A stretch of 64,000 nt of DNA from Scyliorhinus canicula (lineage: Eukaryota). The DNA lies in the NCBI RefSeq assembly GCF_902713615.1, contig NC_052149.1:152807383-152871382 (forward strand), in the 5' to 3' direction. Below the pieces are notes generated by a model. It had not been told where the DNA came from. It was given only the letters and a program-made list of their open reading frames with translations, and searched no databases. The translations under genes were made by a program, and so were the position numbers. Below, one piece after another: positions 13,001 through 25,100 of the stretch (its first letter is position 1; each line of letters opens with the position of its first letter).

Positions 13001-16000
13001 AATATTTACAGTTCTATCACATACATTTGGCGAAGGCAGAGGGTAGTGAGTATCTTGGATAGATAGCACCAATAATTTTGTAACAAGCAGAACAAGACAT
13101 TCAGAACTCCAGAACATGGTAAACCAATAACATCGGCTCAGCTGATCTCATGACACAGCTGACTCGATGAGCTGAATAGCTACTCCTGCTCCTTGTTCTT
13201 GTGCTCTTGCCTCCTTATGATTACTCCAACTGCAGGTAGAACACTCAATGGTTCCTATATTAAAGCACAAGGTAGCAGACTCAGTACAAGATGAAATGAT
13301 TAATACAAAAGCTTATGCTACATTTGTTAAATAGACTTTGCAGTTATTTAACGCAATGGTACAATAATAAGCTGAGAAAACGAGATAGAATGAAGTGCAG
13401 CAAGACCTTTCAGCTTATTCTCTTCCTACGAAGTACATTGACAATGCCACACACTTTTCCCAATCTACATAAGCCCCTGGGGACAGTGGACAATCACAGG
13501 CACAGCTTCAGGAAGAGAAAGTGTAAAACATTTTCCTGCTCCTCCTCCAACCTTCCAAAAAAATAAGCAATAAAAGCTCCAAGTTATTGATGTATTATTA
13601 AAATCTACCTTTCTTGAAGTCAATGCACATTATGGATGACAGACAGCTTTGACAGGCCACTGCCACCCATGGCAAATAATCACCCAAGCGCCTCCTAACT
13701 TTATAAGATAATCTTTTTTTAATAATCTTACTAATTGAGGAAAATATGTTTGACAGGAATGTACTGCATGGAATTCCAACTCCACTTTTCACAACAATAT
13801 AAGATTTATACAGTACCCAAGTGGTAGAGTGTAAGTTGACAATACAATGTAGTTTGAAAACAAAATCAATCATAAGGGTAACATATAGCTTATCCATGTA
13901 ATTCCAAAAGTATTTTTTTTTTAGTAATTTGATGTATTCAGATGGTCCCTTGAACATGCCTTATTTAAGGTAATAGTAATTCAGGTGTTAATTCGACTGA
14001 TTCCTAAAATGAAGGGGTTAACTTATGTGGGAAGGTTGGACAGATTAGATCTATGTCCACTATGTCCATTGCAATTTAGAAAAACCAGGAGGTGATTTTA
14101 TTGAAACACACAAGGTCCTGAGGAGACTTGACAGGGTGGATGCTGAAAGGATGTTTTCCTCTGTAGGGGTCCAGAACCAGGGCACAGAGTTTAAAGTTTC
14201 GGGATCTCCTATTTAAAAATTTTTTCTCTCAAGTGTCATTAGTCTGTGAAATGCTCTTCCTCAGAGAGGAACTGTGGCAGGTTCTACACGAAGTTTGGGT
14301 TGGAGCTGGGGCCCCTGTTCGTCGAGATGTATAATGAGTCATTGGAGAGGAGAGAGCAGCTCCCCCCCAATTCTGTCTCAGGCCTCGATATCGCTCATTT
14401 TAAAGAAAGACAAGGACCCGGAGCAGTGTGGGTCGCACCTCCTGATTTCGCTGTTGAACGTAGATGCAAAGCTGTCAGCGTTGGTACTGGTGACGCGGAT
14501 AGAGGATTGTGTGCCGGGGCTGATAGGATTTGTGAAGAGGCAGCAGCTGTCAGTGAATGTCCAGAGATTACCGAATGCAATTATGATGCCCTTGGAGGGA
14601 ATGGGAAGTTGGAATGGACACGGAGAAAGCTTTCGATTGGGTCGAGTGGGTGTACTTATTCGTGGTGCTTGGATAGTTTGGGCAGGGGTTTGTGATTGGG
14701 TTTGGTTGTTATATAAGGTGCCTAAGGAGTGTACAAAACAGCTGAGAGTATTTTGGGTTTCATCGGGGGGCAAGGCAGGGGTGTCCGCTCTCCCCATTGG
14801 TCTTTGCCCTAGTGATTGAGCCGCTGGCAATGGTGTTTGAGGTGTTGAGAGGGTGGAGGGCAGCATTGAGTTTTGTTGTACACTGATGAATCCTGCTGTT
14901 TATTTCGAACCTGGCCGGGAGCTTCAACAGGATCAGAATTTTGCGGGCATTTAGCCTGTTTTTGTGGCATTAGCTCAACATGGGAAAAATGTGAGATATA
15001 CCCAATTAACGCCTAGAAACTTGGGAGGAATTTGGGGATGCTGCCGTTTCTGTTGGTAGTGATGAGTTTTTGTTATCTCGGGATACAAGTGGCATGGGGT
15101 TCGGCCCAGCTTCGTAAGTTGAAATTGCCGTGGTTGGTGGAGGGAATGAAGGCGGACTTTAAGAGGTGGGATGTGTTGCCATTGTCATTGGCTGGTCGGG
15201 TCAGATGGCAAAGATGACGGTGCTGTCAAAGCTTTTGTTAGTGTTCCAGAATCTTCCGATCTTTGTGCTTAATTCCTTTTTTAGGAAGGTTAATGGGATG
15301 ATTTTGAGGTTCATGTGGGCAGGTAAAGCTTAGCGGTGTTGCGGGAGCTTTGCCGTTAGTTATTCAACTATAGCTCTAACTCGAAGTGCCTTCTGGTTAA
15401 TTCGGGAGTGAAATACGCTATAGTTGAATGACTAACAGTGAGGTTCCCATCACAAACCTCTTTGGCGGTTCTGAGGATGTTCTTGGAGAGGGATCGATGG
15501 TGGTTAGCATCAGCAAAACTATTATTGGGCAGCAAATACTGCAATGATCAGGAAATGGGTGGAGGAGGACCAGTCAGTGTGGGGGTTGAATGGAGGCGGC
15601 CTCATGTAAAGGGACCAGTTTGAGGGCACTATTGTTGGCGCCCCTTCCGTTCACCGGCCAGATACTCCACGAGCCAAGTGATGGTATGGAACTGGCAGCA
15701 CCCCTGGCAGCATTTTAGAATGGAAGGCATGTCCCTTATGGGTGCCCATCTACGACAATCAGATTTGCCCCAACGGGGTTGGATGCGAGGTTCCATGATG
15801 GCGGCAGGTGGGGATAGAATATTTTAGTTGGAGGGAAGTTTGCAGACTTGGGGAAGCTGGAGCGGACATACCAGTTGCTGAAGGGGAATGGGTTTAGGTA
15901 TCTGCAGGTTAGGGACTTTATGAAGAAGGAGGTGGGTTTGTTTCACGCTCGGACACTACCAGCGCTGCAGGACAAACTCCTACCTGAGGAGGAAATACGA

Positions 16001-16079
16001 GGCAGCAAGGTCACTGGCATATATAGGGAGTGGTTGAAGAGAGTGCCCCGGTGGAGGAGATTAGGCGCAAGTCGGGGGG

Positions 16080-16110
<31 letters not shown>

Positions 16111-19100
16111 TGGGTGGAGTTTTGAAGGCTGGAGTGTGGAGTAAGGCTTTGTGGAAGTTTAATGCGTCCTCGTCTTGCGCAAACCAAGTCTCATCTAGTT
16201 CAAAGTGGTACACAGGGTCCACATGATGGTGTCCAGGATGAGTTGGTTCTTTCCAAGGGTGGAGGATCAGTGTGGGCGGAGCCTGGCGAACCATGTCCAC
16301 ATGTTGTGGTAGGGAAGAGGCCAATATGCTGGCCTTTGCCTCCCTGATAGCCTGGAGATGGTTTTGAAGTACTGGTGGGACTCGGAGCCACCGTGTTCAG
16401 GGGTATGGGTGAGTGTTTTGGCAGAGTTCCTGCACTTAGAGAAATCAAGTTCACTCTCAGAGGTGTAGAGGAAGGGTTCGGGTGGAGAGGAAGGGTTCGG
16501 GTGGAAGCTGTTCATCGACTTCTTTAAGGAGTATTAAGGTACTGAGTCGTCAGCAGGGAATGGGGTTTATTCTCCCAGGGGTCTGGGTTAAAAGTTTTTA
16601 AAAAGGGGGGTATGCCAAGATGTTGTGGTTGTTTACCGTTGCCACAGTTGTTTTTTGTGTCTCTTCTTTGTTATGTATTTATCTGAAAATGCCTCCACTG
16701 AAATATATATTTTTTTTAAAAGAAATTTATTATGCCCAATCATCCTTACTCCTAAAAATGCTCATTGATCTTATGCCTGACTGTAACTGCATTATCTAAA
16801 TAAGAACCAGTCCTTGTCTTATCTGATACATTAATAAGTATTACAGCCTCTGCAATAACAACCCCGAACCTCGTACTGATGAAGACACATAGGCTAAAAG
16901 CACATGTTCTGTTAAAGTGGTGAGACTTAGTTAGAAGCCAGTAATCAATGATGGTTCCATATAGGATCTGGACACAACCTGTTTAATAAACCTACCATCT
17001 TTATTGATCTTTCTGATGATAGGTGAAGACAGTGCTTCGTGCGAAACAACACAAGTGTAATGAGAGCCACTGAACCATTGCGATGTTGAAATTGCTAATT
17101 TACTGATCATGGTGTAACAGTCATTTGAATCCATCAGTCTACCCCAGTGCGTAATCTCTGAAAATACCTGTATGCCTCCTTTATACCAAGACACAGATAT
17201 TTCTTTTGGGTAGAAGCCTCTTGACACACAAACAAGTGTACTATTGCCAGTCTGCTGGGAAATGCTCTCAGGAGGTGCATAATGGACATCCACTGAAGGT
17301 GGCCTTGGTAAAATGGCTGAAAGTAGAAGGGGAAAAGGCAATTAATTTAAATCATCTTTCATCATATTAAAACAACATGGACTATTACAGCTCTGATTAG
17401 AGCTAGTTGTATTGTACCTCTTGCGTGTTTTCCTAACCCAGTTTGAGTGTACCTTTAATATGAGGTGCTACTTTTGTTCCACCCAGGCTCTTCAAAGTAT
17501 TTTCTTCTGTGTTTTGCCCATATTTGTTTTTCCGATTATGTGTCTGAGCTGAGGAGTTAAGGTGCCTCGTATTGCAAGACTGACTGATGAGGAAACATGA
17601 CATAATAATAATAGCTTATTGTCACGAGTAGGCTTCAATAAAGTTACTGTGAAAAGCCCATAGTCGCCACATTCCGGCGCCTATTCAGGGAGGCCAGTAC
17701 AGGAATTGAACCCGCGCTGCTGGCATTGTTCTGCATTACAAGCCAGCTGTTTAGCCCACTGTGCTAAACCAGCCCCTACAACTTGGCTTCTTCAGTTTTG
17801 AAAGGAGGTGTACAAGGATAGTCCTTAAAGAGGTGTAAACTGGTTTAAACAAACAATGTCAGGCATCAGGAAATACATTAAGTTTAAGGTCTGAATTGAT
17901 CTTTGAGCTTAGACTATAGAGTAAATGATATGAATTGATCAAGCAGCAAGTTAAATGCTGTGCTCAGTAATCAGTAAATTTCTATGCTTGCTAAAGATCG
18001 TTTATAAGGTAGTTGTTGGCTACAGTACTGGATCTGGACACCCACAAATTAATTTTGTGGGTGATTTGAACTGTGTTGGTTCCGAAAGTGGATCCCTCCA
18101 AGCTGGTTGGGATGGCAAAAGTATTGTCTCCGTTTATGGAGGAGATGCAGAGGGCAGATCAGTGGCAGTTTACGCATCCTGGGGAGAAGAAGTTCTTATT
18201 TTTTCCCTCGGTGCACAAGGTGTATTCAATGATTGATTTTTTTTTAATTCAAAGTACCCAATTCATTTTGTTTCAAATTAAGGGGCAATTTAGTGTGACC
18301 AGTCCACCTAACCTGCACATCTTTTGGGTTGTGGGGATGAGAGCCATGCGGTCATGGGGAGAATGTGCAAACTCCACACGAACAGTGACCCAGGACCGGG
18401 ATTGAATCCTGGTCCTCGGCACTGTGAGGCAGCAGTGCTAACCATTACGCCACCGTGCTGCCCGAGGTTTGATTACTTTATTATGAGTCAGACTCTTCTC
18501 GCTTTGGTGAGGAAGGCGGAGTACTCGGCGATGGTTATTTCTGACCATGCCCCACACTGGGTGGATCTGGTGTTGGATGTCAGTTGGGAGCGTCGCAGGG
18601 GATGGCGGTTAGACGTAGGGCTGTTGTCGGCCTGGGGTTTCATGTAAGGATTTCGAAGGCTATATGGGTGTATGTCAAGCGTAACGATAAACGGATAGTC
18701 TTGTCCCCGACTTTATGGGAGGCGCTGCCTTGGTGCTCAGAGGAGACATCATAGCATATAAGGCACATGTGGACGGAGAGGCGACAGAGGTTGATGGATG
18801 AGATCCTGGGGATGGATCATAAATATGTGAGGGACTTAACCCGGAACTCTTGGCCTGCAGGAAAAAACTGTAAATGCAGTTTGACCTGCTGTCCACGGAC
18901 AGTGTGGTGCATCAATTGAGGCGGGCTAAAGGGACGGGGTGCTAGTATGAGGAGAAGGTCAGCCATCTCTTGGCTCACCAATAAGGCAACAGGAAATTGT
19001 TTAGGTTAGGGGTTTCCACCCCAAATATGATAAACGGAATGATTAGGCCAGAGCTGCTGGAGGATGGAGGGGGAATGACGGAGTGCTTCGGGGATTTGGA

Positions 19101-22100
19101 ACTTCCCCAATGTGGGGGAGGAACTGCAGGAGGATCTGGAGGCACCCCTGGTTCTGGAGGAGATTTAGACAGCGTTGAGGGATTGCCGGGAGAGAGGGGT
19201 GGGGGGGGGGACACCTGGGTCCATCTATGTGGAAAATTATGGGTATTTTGCAGAACTCCGGGGCCTTCTCCGGTTACATGTTGAACATAGGCAAGAGAGA
19301 ATACTTTGTGGTCAGGGGGAGGCGGTTGCCGTTTCGGTTAGCAGGGATTCGTTTTCAGTCCTTAGCGGCCCAAGTGTCTGAGAATTGGGCGCGGTTCCAG
19401 AGGTCGAACTATACGGGCTTAGTGAGTCGAATTAAGGCAGGCCTGCGGAGGTGGGATAGTCTCCCTCTATCCTTGGCAGGCCAGGTCCAACCAGTTAAGA
19501 TGAATATCATGCCGAGATTTTTGTTTTTATTTCAGTGTCGCCCGGTGTTCCTGCCCAAGTCTTTTGTCCGAAGGGTAAGCGATTTATATCCGGCTTTATT
19601 TGGGCGGGTGCAGTCCCGAGGATTCTGAGGGGGGTCCTTCAAAGGACAGACAGTTAGGGGGTCTGCCAAACTTGGATATATGATAACTGGGCAGCCAATA
19701 CAGAGAAGGCGTTGGGGTAGTGAAGGGGCTAGCGGGCTCACTGGATTCAGATGGAGTCTGGGTCATGCAAAGGGACAACTTTTGGACATTGATAATGGCG
19801 CCACTTCCGTTGGTGGCGGCAAAGTACTCGGCGAACCCAGTGGTGGTGTCCATGTTAAAGATATGGAGGCAATTCGGCCAGCATTTTAAGTTGGGGGCAG
19901 TCTGAAGGCTGAACCCCATTTGTGCTAACCACCTGTTTGAGCCGGCATGGCTGGATGCCAGATTTGGGGCATGGAAAGAGAAAGGACTGGAAAGAGTGAG
20001 TGATTTATTCCTGGAAGGGCGGTTTGCCAGCCAGGAGGAATTGAAGGTGAAATTTGGGTTGGCAGGCTCGGAGGTGTTTGGGGACATCCAGGTATGGAGC
20101 TTTGTGAAGAAGATGTTCTCAAATTTTCCGTTGGTGCCGCCATCATCCCTATTGGAGGGCATCATCCTGTTTGGGTCGGAGGAGGGCAGCATGTCCGGCG
20201 TGTACAAACAGATCATGGGGAAGTGTTGAGTTTGGTGGAAGGAGTAAAAGCCAAATTGGTGGAGGAGTTGGGGCCAATACCTGAGGAGGGTGAGCGCCAT
20301 GTCATCATATGCGAGACTGAGCCTGACACAGCTCAGGTAGTGTTTCGAGCGCACCTCAGTAAGACTAGGATGAGCCGGTTTTTTGATGGGGTGGAAGGTA
20401 GGTGTGAACGCTGTTCGAGAGGATCCGCGCACCACACACACACGTTCTGCTCTGTTCCAAGTTGGTGGATTTTTGGAGGTCGTTTTTTAACACCATGTCG
20501 GTGATCCTAGTATTGATCTAGAGCACGGAGCTCTAGATCAAATGTGCCGGAGCTGCGAGGGCAGATCTCCTTGCCTTCACCTCGCTGGTAATGTGGAGGT
20601 GTGTCCTACTGGGCTGGTGTCCAACTTCACCCCACTGCCTCTGCCCCAATCCATCTGTACCAGCTTCACCCCACTGCCTCTGCCCCTGATCCAACTGTAT
20701 CCAGCTTCACCCCACTGCCTCTGCCCCGATCCATCTGTACCAGCTTCACCCCACTGCCTCTGCCCCTGATCCATCTGTATCCAGCTTCACCCCACTGCCT
20801 CTGCCCCGATCCATCTGTACCAGCTTCACCCCACTGCCTCTGCCCCGATCCATCTGTACCAGCTTCACCCCACTGCCTCTGCCCCGATCCATCTGTACCA
20901 GCTTCACCCCACTGCCTCTGCCCCCGATCCATCTGTACCAGCTTCACCCCACTGCCTCTGCCCCGATCCATCTGTACCAGCTTCACCCCACTGCCTCTGC
21001 CCCGATCCATCTGTACCAGGTTCACCCCACTGCCTCTGCCCCGATCCATCTGTACCAGCTTCACCCCACTGCCTCTGCCCCCGATCCATCTGTACCAGCT
21101 TCACCCCACTGCCTCTGCCCCGATCCATCTGTATCCAGCTTCACCCCACTGCCTCTGCCCCGATCCATCTGTACCAGCTTCACCCCACTGCCTCTGCCCC
21201 TGATCCATCTGTACCAGCTTCACCCCACTGCCTCTGCCCCTGATCCATCTGTACCAGCTTCACCCCACTGCCTCTGCCCCGATCCATCTGTACCAGCTTC
21301 ACCCCACTGCCTCTGCCCCGATCCATCTGTACCAGCTTCACCCCACTGCCTCTGCCCCGATCCATCTGTACCAGCTTCACCCCACTGCCTCTGCCCCGAT
21401 CCATCTGTACCAGCTTCACCCCACTGCCTCTGCCCCGATCCATCTGTACCAGCTTCACCCCACTGCCTCTGCCCCGATCCATCTGTACCAGCTTCACCCC
21501 ACTGCCTCTGCCCCGACCCATCTGTACCAGCTTCACCCCACTGCCTCTGCCCGATCCATCTGTACCAGCTTCACCCCACTGCCTCTGCCCCGATCCATCT
21601 GTACCAGCTTCACCCCACTGCCTCTGCCCCGATCCATCTGTACCAGCTTCACCCCACTGCCTCTGCCCCCGGTCCACCTGTACCAGCTTCACCCCACTGC
21701 CTCTGCCCCGATCCATCTGTATCCAGCTTCACCCCACTGCCTCTGCCCCCGATCCACCTGTACCAGCTTCACCCCACTGCCTCTGCCCCGATCCATCTGT
21801 ATCCAGCTTCACCCCACTGCCTCTGCCCCCGATCCACCTGTACCAGCTTCACCCCTCTGCCTCTGCCCCGATCCATCTGTATCCAGCTTCACCCCACTGC
21901 CTCTGCCCCGATCCATCTGTACCAGCTTCACCCCACTGCCTCTGCCCCCGATCCATCTGTACCAGCTTCACCCCACTGCCTCTGCCCCGATCCATCTGTA
22001 CCAGCTTCACCCCACTGCCTCTGCCCCTGATCCATCCGTATCCAGCTTCACCCCACTGCCTCTGCCCCCGATCCATCTGTACCAGCTTCACCCCACTGCC

Positions 22101-25100
22101 TCTGCCCCGATCCATCTGTACCAGCTTCACCCCACTGCCTCTGCCCCCGATCCATCTGTACCAGCTTCACCCCACTGCCTCTGCCCCGATCCATCTGTAC
22201 CAGCTTCACCCCACTGCCTCTGCCCCTGATCTATCTGTACCAGCTTCACCCCACTGCCTCTGCCCCGATCTATCTGTACCAGCTTCACCCCACTGCCTCT
22301 GCCCCTGATCCAACTGTATCCAGCTTCACCCCACTGCCTCTGCCCCGATCCATCTGTACCAGCTTCACCCCACTGCCTCTGCCCCCGATCCATCTGTACC
22401 AGCTTCACCCCACTGCCTCTGCCCCGATCCATCTGTACCAGCTTCACCCCACTGCCTCTGCCCCGATCCATCTGTACCAGCTTCACCCCACTGCCTCTGC
22501 CCCTGATCCATCTGTACCAGCTTCACCCCACTGCCTCTGCCCCGATCCATCTGTATCCAGCTTCAACCCACTGCCTCTGCCCCGATCCATCTGTACCAGC
22601 TTCACCCCACTGCCTCTGCCCCCGATCCATCTGTACCACTTCACCCCACTGCCTCTGCCCCGATCCATCTGTACCAGCTTCACCCCACTGCCTCTGCCCC
22701 TGATCCATCTGTACCAGCTTCACCCCACTGCCTCTGCCCCTGATCCATCTGTACCAGCTTCACCCCACTGCCTCTGCCCCTGATCCATCTGTACCAGCTT
22801 CACCCCACTGCCTCTGCCCCTGATCCATCTGTACCAGCTTCACCCCACTGCCTCTGCCCCGATCCATCTGTACCAGCTTCACCCCACATGCCTCTGCCCC
22901 CGATCCATCTGTACCAGCTTCACCCCCACTGCCTCTGCCCCGATCCATCTGTACCAGCTTCACCCCACTGCCTCTGCCCCCGATCCATCTGTACCAGCTT
23001 CACCCCACTGCCTCTGCCCCGATCCATCTGTACCAGCTTCACCCCACTGCCTCTGCCCCCTGATCCATCTGTACCAGCTTCACCCCACTGCCTCTGCCCC
23101 GATCCATCTGTATCCAGCTTCACCCCACTGCCTCTGCCCCCGATCCACCTGTACCAGCTTCACCCCACTGCCTCTGCCCCGATCCATCTGTATCCAGCTT
23201 CACCCCACTGCCTCTGCCCCCGATCCACCTGTACCAGCTTCACCCCTCTGCCTCTGCCCCGATCCATCTGTATCCAGCTTCAACCCACTGCCTCTGCCCC
23301 GATCCATCTGTACCAGCTTCACCCCACTGCCTCTGCCCCCGATCCATCTGTACCAGCTTCACCCCACTGCCTCTGCCCCGATCCATCTGTACCAGCTTCA
23401 CCCCACTGCCTCTGCCCCGATCCATCTGTACCAGCTTCACCCCACTGCCTCTGCCCCGATCCATCTGTACCAGCTTCACCCCACTGCCTCTGCCCCTGAC
23501 CCATCTGTACCAGCTTAACCCCACTGCCTCTGCCCCTGACCCATCTGTACCAGCTTCACCCCACTGCCTCTGCCCCTGATCCATCAGTACCAGCTTCACC
23601 CCACTGCCTCTGCCCGATCCATCTGTACCAGCTTCACCCCACTGCCTCTGCCCCCGATCCATCTGTACCAGCTTCACCCCACTGCCTCTGCCCCCGATCC
23701 ATCTGTACCAGCTTCATCCCACTGCCTCTGCCCCCGATCCATCTGTACCAGCTTCACCCCACTGCCTCTGCCCCGATCCATCTGTACCAGCTTCACCCCA
23801 CTGCCTCTGCCCCTGATCCATCTGTACCAGCTTCACCCCACTGCCTCTGCCCCGATCCATCTGTACCAGCTTCACCCCACTGCCTCTGCCCCGATCTATC
23901 TGTACCAGCTTCACCCCACTGCCTCTGCCCCGATCGATCTGTACCAGCTTAACCCCACTGCCTCTGCCCCCGATCCATCTGTACCAGCTTCACCCCACTG
24001 CCTCTGCCCCGATCCATCTGTACCAGCTTCACCCCACTGCCTCTGCCCCGATCCATCTGTACCAGCTTCACCCCACAGGCTCTGCCCCGATCCATCTGTA
24101 CCAGCTTCACCCCACTGCCTCTGCCCCGATCCATCTGTACCAGCTTCACCCCACTGCCTCTGCCCCGATCCATCTGTACCAGCTTCACCCCACTGCCTCT
24201 GCCCCTGATCCATCTGTACCAGCTTCACCCCACTGCCTCTGCCCCCGATCCATCTGTACCAGCTTCACCCCACTGCCTCTGCCCCTGATCCATCTGTACC
24301 AGCTTCACCCCACTGCCTCTGCCCCGATCCATCTGTATCCAGCTTCACCCCACTGCCTCTGCCCCGATCCATCTGTATCCAGCTTCACCCCACTAGCTTT
24401 GTGAAGAAGATGTTCTCAAATTTTCGGAGGTGCCACCATCATCCCTATTGGAGGGCATCATCCTGTTTGGGTGATGCACCAGCTTCATCCCACTGGCTCT
24501 GTCCCATTCCATCTGTACCAGCTTCACCCCACTGGCTCTGTCCCACTCTATCTGTACCAGCTTCACCCCACTGGCTCTGCCCCTGATCCATCTGTACCAG
24601 CTTGTCATGCTCCATCTTTGGCAGGAAGAATAAAGAAATGAGCGTATGGTTTAAGTGGAGACACATTGCTGAACTCTGAAATACAAAGGGATCTGGCAGT
24701 CCTGGTACATGAATCACAAAACGTTAGTGTGCAGGTACAACAAGTGATTAGGAAGGCAAATTGGGGCAGCACGGGTGGTGCAGTGGGTTCGCCCTGCTGC
24801 CTCATGGCGCCGGGGTCCCAGGTTCGATCCCGGCTCTGGGTCACTGTCCGTGTGGAGTTTGCACATTCTCCTCGTGTTTGCGTGGGTTTCACCCCCACAA
24901 CCCAAAGATGTGCAGGGTAGGTGGATTGGCCACACTAAATTGCCCCTTAATTGGAAAAAATGAATTGGGTACTCTAAATATATATTTTTTTTAAACAAAT
25001 TGTTCTTGTTTATTGCAAGGGGAATATAAAACATATGTTTTGCTACAGTTGTACAGGGTGCTGGTGAGACCACATCTGGAGTACTGTGTACAGTCTGAGT

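Noticed and set aside
16870-16900. CTGATGA motifs (also ~17584-17595) suggesting hammerhead cores
   Set aside because: No convincing stem II/GAAA geometry or flanking stems.
20621-24394. Possible CRISPR array
   Set aside because: Units are head-to-tail with no unique spacers, there are no cas genes, and the context is eukaryotic.
20542-24608. Many repetitive ORFs (MDRGRGSGVKLVQ..., SPHCLCPDPSVPA...)
   Set aside because: Translations of the intronic minisatellite in several frames with frequent frame changes; no splice or start context.
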